Notes: a model not told the origin generated them from the letters alone. DNA of 64,000 nt from Heptranchias perlo (GCF_035084215.1 NC_090327.1:94054001-94118000), one strand, 5' to 3'; numbered from the stretch's first letter, positions 24,181-39,087 are shown. Made by a program: numbers and translations.

Positions 24181-27100
24181 TAGTTTTCTTGAACTGCATA
24201 AATGGATTGTCTTAAACAGATCAACAGAAGTCCATAGCAGAGCATTTTTCTATCCTCACATAACGTCAACCCTAGCATTTGCCCCTAATATACATAATGC
24301 CACACATGGTTGAAAAGAACTGCAAACCTCTGTCAACTATTATTGCGGTTATTTAGTAATTCCTGTTATGCTGCAAGTCAAAAATCTGACAGCTTGAAGA
24401 ATGAATATGAATGTTAAAACACCAGCTGGGCCTTTCTAGAATCTGCAATGTCTGAGTAAAGCTGACTAATACCCTAGTTTCTTCTTACAAGCCAAATTCT
24501 CAGATCTCTGCATTACTCGGAAAAAATCCTCTGGATTAATGCCACAGTTTGAAAGGTTTTAGACCCAAGTGCATATTAAGGGTGAAGCAAAACACATGGA
24601 CAAATTAAATCCCTTAGATCAACAGCCATGACATGCGTAAACCATACAACAAATGGCTCAAGGATAGAGGTGCACAAAAATTCCGCCTGCATTACTGTAT
24701 GAGAAAAAAATGGAAAAGTTATTTGAAAAGGTTCTTTATAAACTAGAGAAAAAACCCACAAACCCAATTCTACAGTAGTGGATTGCAGATGTAATTACCC
24801 ATTTCAATTCTAAATGTTCTTTGAAATTTCAAAATATGCAAACAAATTCCTCATCACCTGGCCTTTTGTTGCACAACAGTTTTAGCCCATTCAACACAGA
24901 AAATATGCTAGTGTTATTAGAGCCGCAGACCATGTTGACAGGATATAAACACCATTGAATCTGATACACGTTAAAGTCAAATGCACATTTTGAAGTACAG
25001 CTCCAGAAATAACCGACAGCTTACATTTTAAAAAACATTCCTTAAAATGAAAGTTGCCATAGGATCAAACTGAGTGACAGGCACAAAGGCCATTCAAAAA
25101 CTTTAGTGAATAAAATAGGTAAAAGTTGGACAAAATGGTAATCCAAAAGTATCTAAATGACAGGTAAGCGTCAACTGCCAATGCTAATTTTTATTAATTT
25201 TTTTTTTGGGGGGGTGGGGAAGAGAAAGAGAATGATGCAAGATACCAGAAACGATTAAAAATGTACTTGTTTATACATGGGAAAACAAAATTTGTGAGAC
25301 AGTATGATGCAATGTCAAATATTTGAGTATTTCAATACCCTGGTTAGAAAGAATTGGGTTCTAGTGCCTGGAAATTGGAACTCTTTGCACTGTGGAATCT
25401 CTAATTTGAGCTAGTTAATACTTGCCCTGATTGTTTTATAAAATAAAATACAGAGGGCAAGATTCAATAAGAAAATGTAATATAATCTACATCACTGCAA
25501 AATCAATTCTGGTGTGAGAAATTTAAAGCCCCAAAGCAAATATACTAAAACAACATCTTAGCGACACAGGACAGAGCCATTGTCCTGATTTAGTTTGTTC
25601 TCATGTTGGACAGAATGGGAGAAAATCTACAGTTATACCTACACTTCTGAAACTAGACCTCAGCCAAATGTGAGCCCATTCCAGTTCCAGAAGTGCAAAA
25701 CAGTCGAGGTATAACAAGGCTTCCCACATCACATTCTCTGGAATAACCTCCCATGATATTGATTGTTTAGTTGCATTTGAACTAATTGCTGTAATTTATC
25801 TTGGCACTGTTTGTTTCAAAATCTCAATTTCAGATAGGCTTTTGCAATATATTGCATATGAAAGAGAAGGCACTTGTCAAAGATTTCTGGTATCCTCCTT
25901 GCAATTGTTTGGGGTGCTTGATGATTGTACTAGTGAAGCCCAATCCTAGACTACAGGTCTAACCAATCCAGTATATTTCTTTGAATGGATTCAAATTCTG
26001 AGTAAAGAGCCTCCAAATGAAGTTGCTGAATTACACTCACTCCACTCTGTTCAACCTCCCCTGAATTCAGACAACCAACAATTCTGTGTCCTTAGTGTCA
26101 TTACTAATGGCAAAAAAAAAATCTGACCATATGCCAATTAATAGTAGCCTGGTGACCAAAGTGCTCACATGCTGTGTCATGGACAAGCAGAAATTGCAGC
26201 CTCAGCCAACATTTGGAAATTGGCTTTCCAAAAAGATTTGCTTATTTTAATTGGATCCTGAGACAGTGTTAGTGGCAGTGACAAAGAGGCCCAGAGTTGC
26301 AAAGATGCTGAGCCGGAGAGAAGATAAAATTTAAGAACAGCCTGTATATCATCCTACTCTACAATATAATAGTGTAATACAATAGAGAAGATTAACAAGA
26401 TAAAGTTTCCATTTTAGTAAAGAGTAGCCACTTGGGGGAAAATATAGTAATCTTTAGGGTAGTTTTCTGTGAATCTGCAGACAAAGCTGATTAATTCATG
26501 AGAAGGATTATTGCAGATATATCCACCATCTATACATGATGTGCTGTACCCTAATTTGAATTCACCTGAATCACATTACTTTGATCTGTTTTGATATAAT
26601 TGGAATTATGATCAGCTGTGCTTTTTCATATTTAAAGTGGAAGTTTACAACCGTGTTCATAATGCACACTTCCCAAATGAATACTGAATTTGCAAAGAAG
26701 CAGTTGCCTAGTAACAAGTATATTCTGCACTAAAAACATTTATGAGGTTTAAATAGTTCTGCAATGCTTCAATGACAAAACGTAATCACCCTAGCCATCT
26801 ATACTCATTCATAGTTCCAATGTTTAGATTTTCTGTAAATCACTGAAATTTCTGCACATTTTAGGTTGGAAGAATCAAAACGAGTAAGGATAAAAGATGA
26901 GAAGGTTGAAAATGCACAAAATGGCATTGAATTACTAGTTATTTTTAGAAGGTAAAAATAAAGTAACATTTAAGATCCTTCATTTGAAGATTTGTGCTGG
27001 TAACTGTGGAGTAAATCACAAGCAACGTTATACAAACAAAACGACATTTTCCATGATAGAATGAATATTGGTTGTGTTACACACACACAACCAGAATCCA

Positions 27101-27229
27101 GATGTTCACATTACATGGGTAAGGCTTTTTTAAAATATATTCGATGCAGTCTGATCAGCAAATTTTGTTTCACAGCTGTCATTCTGGATACAAGGCAGCT
27201 AAAACTACAACCGATGTCCTATCCATTGC

Positions 27230-28673
27230 CCAAATGTTACCCCGCTATTCAAGAAGGGAGAGAGAGAAAAATGGAACTACAGGCCAGTTAGCCTGACATC
27301 AGTAGTCGGGAAAATGCTGGAATCCATTATTAAAGAAGCGTTAACAAGGCGCTCAGAAAATCATAATACGATTTGGCAGTCAACATGGTTTTATGAAAGG
27401 GAAATCATGTTTGACAAATTTATTAGAGTTTTTTGAGGCTGTAACTAGCAGAGTAGATGAAGGAGAACCAGTGGATGTAGTATATTTGGATTTTCAAAAG
27501 GCATTCGATAAGGTGTCACATAAAAGGTTGTTACGCAAGGTAAGGGCTCATGGGATTGGGCTAATATATTAGCATGGATAGTGGATTGGTTAAAGGACAG
27601 AAAACAGAGAGTAGGGATAAACGGGTCATTCTCAGAATGGCAGGCTGTAACCGGTGGGGTGCCGCAAGGATCGGTGCTTGGGCCTCAGCTATTTACAATC
27701 TATATTAATGACTTAGATGAAGGGACCGAGTGCAATGTATCCAAGTTTGCTGATGATACAAAGCTAGGTGGGAAAGTAAGCTGTGAGGAGGACACAGAGT
27801 CTGCAAAGGGACAGAGACAGATTAGGTGAGTGGGCAAGAAGGTGGCAGATGGAGTATAATGTGGGGAAATGTGAGGTTATTCACTTTGGTAGGAAGAATA
27901 GAAAAACAGAATATTTTTTTAAATGGTGAGAAACTATTAAATGTTAGTGTTGAGAGAGACTTGGGTGTCCTTGTACAAGAAACACAAAAAATTAGTACGC
28001 AGGTACAGCAAACAATTAGGAAAGCAAATGGCATGTTGGCCTTTAATGCAAGAAGGTTGGAGTACAAGAGTAAAGAAGTCTTACTGCAGTTGTACAGGGC
28101 TTTAGTGAGACCTCACCTGGAGTACTGTGTACAGTTTTGGTCTCCTTATCTAAGGAAGGATATACTTGCCTTGGAGGCAGTACAATGAAGGTTCACGAGG
28201 TTAGTTCTTGGGATGAGAGGGTTATTCTATGAAGAGAGGTTGAGTAGAATGGGCTTATTGTCTCTGGAGTTTAGAAGAATGAGAGGTGATCTCATTGAAA
28301 CATGTAACATTATTAGGGGGCTTGACAGGGTAGATGCTGAGAGATCGTTTCTCCTGGCGAGAGAGTCTAGAACTAGGGGCATAGTCGCAGGATAAGGGGT
28401 CGGCCATTCAAAACTGAGATGAGGAGGAATTTCTTCACGCAGAGGGTTGTGAATCTTTGAAATTCTCTACCCCAGAGGGCTGTGGCTGCTGAGACACTGA
28501 ATATATTCAAGACTGAGATGGGTAGACTTTTGGACTCTAGGGAAATTAAGGGATATGGGGATCGGGCAGGAAAGTGGAGTTGAGCTCGAAGATCAGCCAT
28601 GATCCGATTGAATGGCGGAGCAGGCTCGAGGGACCGAATGGCCTACTCCTGCTCCTTTTTCTTATGTTCTTAT
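27230..28673 (+). mobile_element. CR1 LINE, 5'-truncated, frameshifted RT
   Basis: [23 protein letters not shown]...[25 protein letters not shown]; ends cttatgttcttat. Confidence 0.95.
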
Positions 28674-31058
28674 CTGCTGCAGTGTAAACTTTTTCAATCC
28701 TGTTCTTAAATATCTTCGAGTTAAATGAGTTTATGGTGCCAGATGAGGTTGCATCACCAATTACAGCACTATATCCTCTCTTTTGTGCAGAACTATGGTT
28801 GAAGTGTTTGTACTGTGCCCTTTTAAGTTAATTACTGCAGATATTCAGATCAATGATTAAATAAATACAATAAAAAAATGAAATGGCTGCCTCCTTGGCA
28901 CAATAATGTAGAAATATTGGAATTGCTAGACTAAAAAAGACCAAAGTCCATTTAGTTTGCCTTCTATCATCCCTGTAGTCGCATGATACAATGATAATGG
29001 AGTTGTTGACTAATCATAGCAATCAATCTCTATCAATTAGTTTATAACAGACTCAGACATGACGTGAGGAAAACCCCAGTGGAGGAGTTTTGGGAACCAT
29101 AGGTTACATTATCAATTACTGTACAATTGCCAGCATACGCAACATATGAAGTAATAATACTTGGGAAAACAAATTTTTTTTTGGTGAACATACCTCACAG
29201 GAACTATCAAAATAATTCAATGACAAGCAGTGCTCTTTTCTGTATCTCATTTGTACCAGTTCAAAAGGAACTCAAAATATTTAGCTCACATCAGAAGAAT
29301 GACTAGCTGTGAGTAAGAGAAACCTGCATGACCTGAGGTTAATTTATTTAATTACTGCACAAAGAATTCAGACCTTCTGGTTTCAAAGAGGTTCTAGCCA
29401 TCTCATTTTTTCTGACAGATTTTCAACTTGAGAATCCATCTTAAGACGGTGAAAGAGATTATCTCATTTAAATCCAAAAATTTTTGTGAAAGCTTTTGCT
29501 GATGTAGAGCTGCTTGGGGTGAAATAGTTCAAACAGAAAGAAAACCCCAGTCAATCAACATGATTACCATTAATAAAATTAAATTAACAAACATTAGCCC
29601 TACAAAGGAGTTGAAAAATCCAGATTTTAAGGGAGGATAACAAACAAGACACTTTTTAAAATATCTGTAATTTTTCCCTTTCTATGGACATTGTCAGTAT
29701 GATTGATATTAGTAGTTTGAAATTTTAATTAAGAACAGCACATTAAAAAGACAAACTTTATACAGCATAAAATAAGATTGCATTAAACTGTAAAGCAATC
29801 AACATAACAGACAGGGAAGAAAAGATAGAAATGTTATGATTGTAGTGCTATGAGCTGTAACACCCCCACTTCAATATACACTGTTTTCAAATTCCGATTG
29901 ATCCTTTGTCTCTCAATGTTTTTCAAATGCAGTATGACATTTCAATGTACAGTACAATAAACTCAATCCAATGAGAATAATGAACCCTAAGCTCTGTATA
30001 TTTTTTTAAACCACAGCTACAACCTGTTACATTGTTGGCTTCACCTTATGCTAAAAACACCCCTAATGTGGTTAAAGACCCCCCCCCCCCCGCCACGTGC
30101 CAATCCCACCCTGAAACATTTGCCTTGTCTTTCATCATTACCTCAATTTACCAATTTAAACATGGAAGCACTTATATTTGTGGTGAATCAATATTAACTG
30201 ACACATTAAAATTAAATTCTGCACAATCACACATACGATAAAGTGGTGCATGCACTTTGAATCTTCAAATTGTGTTGGCTCCCAGGTACCGTTTCACCTT
30301 GAGAATCCAGGGTAAGGGGTAGAAACATGCCCTTTTTTATATATGAGTAGCACATAAGCAATGCCACAAAAACTGTCTCAAAACACAATGGATCTTAACA
30401 TTCATCCTTGTAAGAAAAAAAGATATTCCTCCTGGAGGCAGATAATCCAAAAATCTATTTGAAAGGCATGAGATGCAAAACATTTTGCAGAGTAAGATTA
30501 TCTCACATCACAGCATTGTTCACTTATTACACCTGCATTTTTTTGGATAATGCATTTTTGCAGCTCAATAAGCCGCCCCAAGGTTCATGAAAAGCTGCCC
30601 AGTATCCCTCTGAGGCATCATTAAAGAGCCTGTGATACAACAACATGCAGTCACTTTGACCTACAGAATATTAATAGTCAGGTTTGGGTTGTGGGTCAAT
30701 GAGCTCACAGAAACTTGGGTAGGAAAAGGTCACACAGAGTCCTCGTACATCACCGAGAACTAGAAGATGATGCGTGGAAAAGTAGAAAACTCAATCTGTG
30801 CTACTTGTAGATCTGGGTGCACATGTAGCTGTGGCAGCTCCTGCTCATTACTGGCAGCCTCAGTCGTATATAGGAAAAAAAAGATACACACTTGGGTATC
30901 CTCAAACCAAAGGGAAACAGCTGCTGCTTAACCCCTTTGGAGCATTTTACAGTTTGAGAAAAAGCACATAAAGCTCCACATAATCAATCGGGATAGCTGT
31001 GAAAGTGTTATCTGTACATACGAGTTGTAAATTAAGCAGGACTTACATGAATTATTCT

Positions 31059-31290
31059 TTTTTTAAAAGAAGAAAAATTGCAAATGCTGCAACTCAAATA
31101 AAAATTGAAAATGCTGGAAATACACAACAGACCAGTCAGCATTTGTAAAGAGAAAGAGCAGGTTATGACTTTTCACGCGTGTACCCTTCAGAACTAATGA
31201 AGGATATACACCTGAAATGTCATAAGCTGCCTTTTCTCTTTACAGATGCTGACTGACGTGCTGCGAATATCCAGCATTTTCTGTTTTTAC
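31059..31290. mobile_element. Old palindromic PLE-derived mini-element with decayed back-to-back hammerheads
   Basis: 11-bp TSD tgaattattct (31048-31058 / 31291-31301); arms gaaaatgctgga...gtcagcatttgtaaagagaaaag versus cttttctctttacagatgctgac...tccagcattttc; centre ctaatgaaggatatacacctgaaatgtc. Confidence 0.78.
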
Positions 31291-32560
31291 TGAATTATTC
31301 TACACAGTCACACAAGTGTTCTTAAAGCTCACTTCAGGAAGTGAGTTGCTCAAAATATCTGAGGTACACATAGGATTGGTGGAGTGCAAAACTTTACATT
31401 ACAGAAATGTGGTTATGATTTTGGCATTTGCCAATATACTTTAAACAGCTTGTGCATGATCCACACCCAAAAAAAAAACTGCCATCAAGATTTTTCTAGA
31501 GTCCAAAGCACAAAATCATCACTTAAGAACTATACACTAAAAACAAGAAAAGCCCATCAATGTGTTTAAATCCTTATCCCCAGTTGCAGAAAAGAATAAA
31601 AATGCATAGTTTTCTCCTTTCTCAGATCAGTAGCACAGTTGGAGGGCAGGATTATCAAAAGAGAAGCAATCACAGGCGTGAAGCCATATCCCACCCCTAG
31701 ATGTCGAGTGCATGTTGACAGACACATCATCATCATGCTGCACCACCACTGATGCCTCAGAGTTCAAATTTCGCAATTACATTTTTTCTGTACGCAGGAG
31801 TTATAACACCCCACCCACACCTTGGTGTTAACTGGAAGACATTCAACTTTTACTAGCAGAGATCAACTTCAAGAATGAACAGCTTGTACATTCACAATGC
31901 TGACCTTCGACTCTTCACCTCTGGGTCCTTGCCAATTATAGAACTAGAAGCTAGGAGCAAAGATCTGTGGCATGAGTACACAAACCAGTGTAATTCCTGA
32001 TATGTACCTCCGTTGCACAAACATGCAGACTGTCAGAACTTAACAGCTCTTAGAAGTTTAACTATTAATAATAGATGCTTTAAGTTTTCAACTAAATATC
32101 AAATATTTTACTTGTAGGCAAGAAATTAAAGAACATTATGTTAACTTGGCTGGAATATAAGATTCAATTTTTTTGAGGCTAAGGCTTGCAAATGATTGTA
32201 CCTCCTGTTGTATGCTCTATAAAAAGATAAAATGACAACACTGTACCAACTGAAAAATAGGTTAATGATGCAAAAGATACAGCTCGCTGAACCATAAATA
32301 ATGACTTTGTGTTACTGAAACTACTGGCAACGTTGCAACAACTGTCAGAAATGCCAAGGATACGCAAACTCAACTGAATTCCTGCCCTTTAATGGCTTCA
32401 TTCTTACATCTACAGAAGGTGTGAAAAAGAAGTGCATTTACAGGTCAAAATACACTGTGCTTTGAAGTCAGTCTCAAGAGGCTAGAACACAACATTCATT
32501 ATTCAACAAGTCTGACTGAACCAACCATCAGTGCAGAAACCCCTTATCAAATAAGCAGAT

Positions 32561-32969
32561 AAAAAAGAAAAAAAGACTTACATTTATATAGCGCCTGTCA
32601 CGACGTCCTATAGAGTGCTTTACAGCCAATGAAGTACCTTTGAAGTGTAGTCACTGTTGTAACGTAGGAAACGTGGCAGCCAATTTATACACAGCAAGGT
32701 CCCACAAACAGCATTGAAGTGATGACCAGATCAACTGTTTTTGATGTTGGTTGAGGGATAAATATTGGCCAGGCCACTGGAGAAAATTCCTTTGCTCTTC
32801 TTCGAATAGCATCATGGGATCTTTGATGTTCAGCTGACCGGGCAGACAGGGCCTCAGTTTAACATCTCATCCTAAGGACGGCACCTCCAATAGTGGAGTA
32901 CAACACTGGAGAGTCAACCTAGATTCTTGTGCTCGAGTGCCTGGAATGAGATTTGAACCCACAACCTTT

Positions 32970-33005
<36 letters not shown>

Positions 33006-33012
33006 GCTAACA
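32561..33012 (-). mobile_element. tRNA-head SINE, full length
   Basis: Minus strand head agctgtggctcagtgggtag...ggttcaaatctc; body matches 11045-11495. Confidence 0.88.
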
Positions 33013-33699
33013 CCATTACTAAACACTAATGTAGGCTGGTGCTTCAGGTGGCTTCTTTTTCAATTGATAGTCATCAGAAACCAATTCAATTTTTACACAC
33101 AAAAAAGCATTTCCCACCTCCAAGGTTTTTTTTATTCTGGATGCCTAAGGATTTGATACACCCATTCAACTTCGCCAGGCTTCTTTAATTAAAAACAAAC
33201 TGCTGCACCAAATAGGAGAAGTTATGTCATGAAAAGATATTAACCTGAACACTAAGATATCTGATTCTGAGTATGTTCAACTATAAAACTGGACCATTTA
33301 ATCATTGCTGCACCAAAGCTGTTAATGGATTAATTAGCATTGCAGTTATAGGTTAATAATATTTTGTAATAATCATACAATATTAGTATTTTTAAGCTAT
33401 AAAAACATCCTTTAGAATAATTCTGTTCTCTTATTTCCCTCAATAAGACTGAATTATTTTCCTACTTCTCCTTTCACTTCAATCTGAAGAGTGTCCATTT
33501 CTCAGACTACACAGTGCTAACATCTACAGAATTCAACAATCTGCAGTTACATGTTGCTTTCTTCAGCAGTGATGCATTTTGGAACAAAAATACAACAAGT
33601 CAGAATTGCTTGGGCAGGGGAATGCAATTTCTGACAAATTTCTTGATACCTCTTTATTTTGATTAAACGAAACCAGTCTAATTACACAATTATTTAGAT

Positions 33700-33828
33700 A
33701 GAAATATACAGCACAGGGGGCCATTCGGCCCATCGTGCCTGCTCTTTGAGAGAATCCCAATTAGTCCCACTCCCCTGCTCTTTCCCCATAGCCCTGCAAA
33801 TTTTTCATTTTCAAGTATATATCCAAGA
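33700..33828 (-). mobile_element. CR1 3' UTR fragment
   Basis: ggccattcggcccatcgtgcctg...cccatagccctgcaaattt; matches 23960-24085. Confidence 0.8.
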
Positions 33829-34399
33829 TATATTATATAGTTTTTAAATTTCAAATTAAATCATTTTAACTATTCGGTCTGATCAGATAAATTCATCTCG
33901 TAATTTAAGGGAAATAGGGGAAAGAGAACACACATCCTTCAGCCAAATCTACTGACAGAATGAATTTGATAAAGAATCTGAAATGAGCAGAATCAAGAAT
34001 AAATTTAACTCACAAATTCAGGTGCTAAGAGGTAGGGAAGGAAGGGACTGAAGTCAGAAGGAAAAGGGTTTTAGAATCAAACAAAATATATTTTAGAGTA
34101 CTATTACTTACAAAAGTAATGGTGTGCAGAATCATCCAAAAGCTTTCAAAACCTGATCAACTGCAGAACCTACCTTTTAACAGGGAGAAAAAAAACCCAA
34201 TTCTGTCCTAACTTAGTTTACCTAGGAAACTCAGATTTTTCCAATCAGATTACCCCTGCTCCCATATCTACTTAGTCTAATACCTAACTAGCTGGATCCA
34301 CCAAATCCACAATCGAAGACAAGAGTTTGGAGAGGTTTTTGAAAAGAGGAGAGGAAACTGCGCAGAGGGTCCCAGAGAGCAGGAGCTTCTTGGCTGAAC

Positions 34400-34860
34400 A
34401 AGCAGCCACAAAATTTGGAGCACAGGAAGAGCACAGTGTTAGAAGATGTTTGTAAGGATGTATGGCAGGAGGTGATCTCTTAAGGTACAGCACAGCAAGG
34501 TCATGGAGGGCGTTGGAAATGAAAATAAGGATTTTGAAGCTAACTTGCTACGGCACAGAGAGCCAGGGAAGCTTGGAGAGGATGAGGTTGTTGGGAGTGC
34601 GGGACTTTGTACAACATGGGCTGCAGCATTTTGAATAAGCTGAAGCTCGTGGAGAATTGAGGCCGGGTGGCCAGCTAGAGAACATTAGGGAGGTTGAGCC
34701 TTGAGGTGATGAAGGCAAGGACTAGAGTATGTGGCAGGGAGAGAGGAAGACATAGGGGCAGAGGTGGGCATGTTGCAGAGGTAGAAGAAAGTGGTCTTGG
34801 TAATGAAGCAAATATAGGAAAGGAAGGTGAGCTCAGTTGAAGATCGCAAATGAATTTAAC
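34400..34860 (-). mobile_element. Old L2 fragment
   Basis: Minus-strand HTLVLAFITSRLN and aaaatccttattttcatttccaacgccctccatgacctt, paralleling 12951-13538. Confidence 0.65.
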
Positions 34861-36264
34861 GCACAATACTGTTGTAGGAATGGATTTATTTTTTAGGTCT
34901 GCATGAAATGTAGCTTGATAAAACTGTTAGTGTTCCCTGCTAACCTGGGTTAGATTGACCTCCTCCCACACCCCCTGCTCCCCCAACAACCCTTTCCATT
35001 TTTCCCCTGAATATTTGATGTTCCATTTTGTCCTCCTAATGTTAAGCACTTTGATGCATCTTCCTGCACGTGACGACCACCATAGAAATGCAAGTTGGCA
35101 CTGTAGCTGCTATTAATACTTCCACAGCATTTTTTTTGCTACAAGCCCCAGTCTACCCGCTGGTCAACAATTCCTCCAAAAGATCATGTTTTCCCAGGAA
35201 GTTTTTGAGCCCGACAAGGAAAGTTGCAGCTTTGATCACCGGTTTGTTATCAGCCAGCACCAAATAGGAACATTGCAACTGGTTAGGGTACCCATTCTTG
35301 TTCACTGTCCAGCAACTCCAACTTGAATGGAGCATGCGCGCGCATGTACATGAGGGGGAGAGAAAGTGCGCACATGGACATCAGATAAGAATTTCAAGCT
35401 TGGCTGTGATGCTCCCCACACTCCCCGCCAAAGCTCATACAGGACTCGGGCAAGGTGCAATAAGGCAATTGGCACCAATGCCATCAGGAGACAATATTGG
35501 CAAAGAAAATGAGAGAGAAAAGACAAATGAACCTTCCCAAATCAGTCTCCCTTCCTCCAATAGATATGCACATTAACAGCACTGCAAAGCCACTGCCATC
35601 AACCCACAGCTATGATGTATGAAAACCTAACACTTACCTGAGGAAAGCACAAAGCCAAGTTTGTCAGACATGCACAAATCTCTCTCCTGTGAGACATGTC
35701 TGGAGATGCTGATGATACAAGGTAGAGGCAGAAATCAACTGATTTCATTATGGTAGGGTGGTGGTGAGGGCAGGGGGAGGTGAACAAAGACTAAAATGTT
35801 TACATTACAAATGGGGCCAAAATACTCCTTAATGACTCGGTTTGCTCCAGTCAATTTCAGTGTGACAACACTTCATTGTTGGTAATTTCTGCAATGTATT
35901 TATCTGGAGCTGCTCCTGACAGCTGAAGTGTTTATTCTCGTGTGTCTCGATTAGAGACAAATTTGAAAAAGAGCCACAAAAGTAGTGGCCTGGGATACAG
36001 CCTGGAGACAAAACAGCCTTTGCTCTGGCATATAATATGGGGAGTCATGAATTTGGGTATGGAAAGGAATGTTATTAGTGACCTCTTTAGTAGATCTCAT
36101 CAGGGCTTATAAAAGCTTGAAGCCTGCTCTTCTACCACTGCTTTTTTTTAAAAAACGAGGCAGCAACTGAGCAGTTGTGCTTCAATCCTTGTACAGAGTC
36201 AACCACTTCAGGGCCTCAGATGCTCTTTCAACCACTTTACTTTGGATCAGTTTTTCTCCCTTTT

Positions 36265-36430
36265 AGAATCATAGAAGTTTACAGTAGAGGCCATTCAGTT
36301 CATCGTGTCTGTGCCAGCTCTGCTAGAGCAACCCAAAACTTCTCCTACTACCTTGGTACCCTTCCATAACCTTGTATCTTCTTCTACTTCAAATACGTAT
36401 CCAATTTAATAGATACAATGATCTTTGGTT
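36265..36430 (-). mobile_element. Degraded CR1 3' end
   Basis: tagaatcatagaagtttacag...ggccattcag...ttcaaatacgtatccaat. Confidence 0.6.
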
Positions 36431-39087
36431 GAACTACTCAACTTACAGTTTTTAAGCCAACTGCATTTGGGAAATGGAAGAAGATTTGCAAATGTCAAAA
36501 CATCACTGGCGATGTAACAGAATTATTCACCTTCCCTTTCACTCCACAAAAACTTTGTTCTGCAACTTTTGTGCTCAATAAGATTAAATTGTAGATAAAA
36601 TGTTGGATTGTATAAGCTTTTATTTCTTTTCCATGTTTAGCACATGGTTCAATCAAGCATGATGCTATAAAAAGCAGTAATCTTTGACCAGAATCTACAA
36701 AAAGTATTCAACAGTAAAAGATTTGACTCTTCTGATTTTTTCTCGACACTGGTTACCTTATGATTTGCAGGTAGAACAGAATGCACTGATCTACGAGAGT
36801 TTAGTGCTAAACAGCATCTCCTATTTATAAACGCAAGTTCTTTCTTTCAAGCTCGGCATGAGGATAGTTAGTTTGCAAGTAGCTTTCACAACGTACAAAC
36901 TGGGGGTAGGAGGAGGAAAACAAAGAAAATAAATGAAAAATTCCTAGCATATGGTTCAAAATAAATGAGAGGGAGAATCCATTTCCTGTTATGTCATAAC
37001 CACAAGTGCCGTGGTCACATCATTTATATAAAAGAATGTTATTTTAAAGTGGATCAAAATTTTTCATTATCTGGGTTGTCTACCAAGATGTACACTGCAT
37101 AGCTTACATACCTGGAAATGATGAGATGTCATATTCTGAAATATACAACATCAGTCACTGTGATTAATACTCTCATTAATCTGGTTTCCATAACCTCAGA
37201 GCCACATATGTGGAAATGAGATACGACAATGCTAGAGATTAGCAAAGACTTTACCACAGGATTAGGTTAGTGGAGTGACTGCTGTCTGATTGCAGCATGC
37301 TTGTGTTTTCTTCGACATCTTTGCAAACAAGCACATAAAATACCTGGCAGGGGCCTAGATTTATTGGCGAGTTTGATGTCAGTGAATTTTCTCAAATCCT
37401 ACTCGTTATTTATGGTCAAGAGACGTTGAATGGGTGTTCTTAGCAGTTTATAGATCAGTCAATGCACAAATACTGAGGAGAAAGCTTTCAAAATTTTAGA
37501 CATACATTACACAAACTTAATGTTAGAGTATGGAATTTCCTTTGGACTCTGATGATTGTTGAGTAAATACGCTTTCATTCTGGCAACTATTAGGCTGAGC
37601 AGTGATTGAAGCAAACAGCAGATATTTGCAAAAGTGCTGTACTATTTACAATTGGCTAGGGGAGGTAATATTTTAAAATTTTATTTAAATGGTGCAAATC
37701 TGCCACTGTAGGGGTGAAAAGCAATTTCAGATCAAGTTAGTGGACGTTTTAAAAAAATTTGCTTCATGTCTACTTCATTCTGTTCAATAATACACAATGG
37801 AGCAAATCAAAATGAAGATTTATTGGTATGAGACAACTATGCATGTGATCTTTAAATATCTGTACTTGACTTTTTTTACACTAAAGAAAGCGATGAGTTT
37901 CTAAAAATAAAAATTGTCAAATGTCTATTTCATAAGAGAAGAGAACTGGCCAATGGGTTTGGGATACATTTGAATGCAAAGGATTAAATGATGGGAGAAA
38001 TAAAGTGCCAAATCAAACTGGATAGATATTTTCAATTAGAAAAGGTTAGAGGGAAAGAAAAGAGGAAGAGCAAAAAAATACAATTTTCTGAGTAAGCAAG
38101 ATTTATTGCTTTGGTACATTACCCTCACAGTCTAACATTCCCTCCTGTGCAATGGGGCAAGTACGGATCGAGAAATGCTTTTAAAATCACATACATGAAT
38201 GATATACAGCACTTATTTTTCTAACATACTTAAAATGGTGCCATTTGGTTAATTGACAGGGTCTGTGCGGTGGATTTTTATAAATTAAAAAAAACGCGTG
38301 AATCAGATAAAATTCTGAAAAACCATGGCATTGTAACTGGGCTTCTCAGCAGTGTCACATGCAGCACATGTACAAGCCAAGGACACAGCATAAGGTCAAA
38401 ATGAGGCACATCTTATAAATCAAAAAAATCAATTCATTATGTTCACCTTAGCTTAAGCTTAATCAATAACCGTACAATTTCAACAAAGGGGACGGGCAGT
38501 GCTGTGTCCCCAGGCATTTTTCAATCAAATCCTTTTTCCCAATTCACTGATTAGTCATGCAGTAGTGGATATGCTGAGCTGCTGGCACTTAGCATAATTA
38601 AAATGATTTATGATGTTTATGTTTTTAGTAATCATAACAGTTCTGATTAAACAAATTTCTCCATGCAGCCAGAAGAAACTGTTCAAACTGATACTCGAGC
38701 ATATCTCTCCAAATCATACCTAGGCTACGGTTTATAATTTACAAGCAAATAAAATAAGGAGAAAATAAGTTATTAGCGCAAAGCTGACAAAAAAGTGTTG
38801 GCCATATTTAACAAAATTAAAGCAAAGCACTAGAGATAGATTATTCATCCATCTGAATGTCAGTTTGTTACTGAACAAGTAGAATACAATGATTCGTATA
38901 ATGCCAGTCAGCTGCTTTTTATCAACGTTATCAGAATTCATCTGAAAGCCACAGTTTAGACATCATGTCCCAAATCTTCCGCAATACTGATACATCTGGG
39001 ACAGCTCAACTTACAAGAAGGGATAGCTTCTGTAAAGCCATACAATGCAGCACGGTCATCAAAATGCAATTTTTTTTTTTGAAAAGA

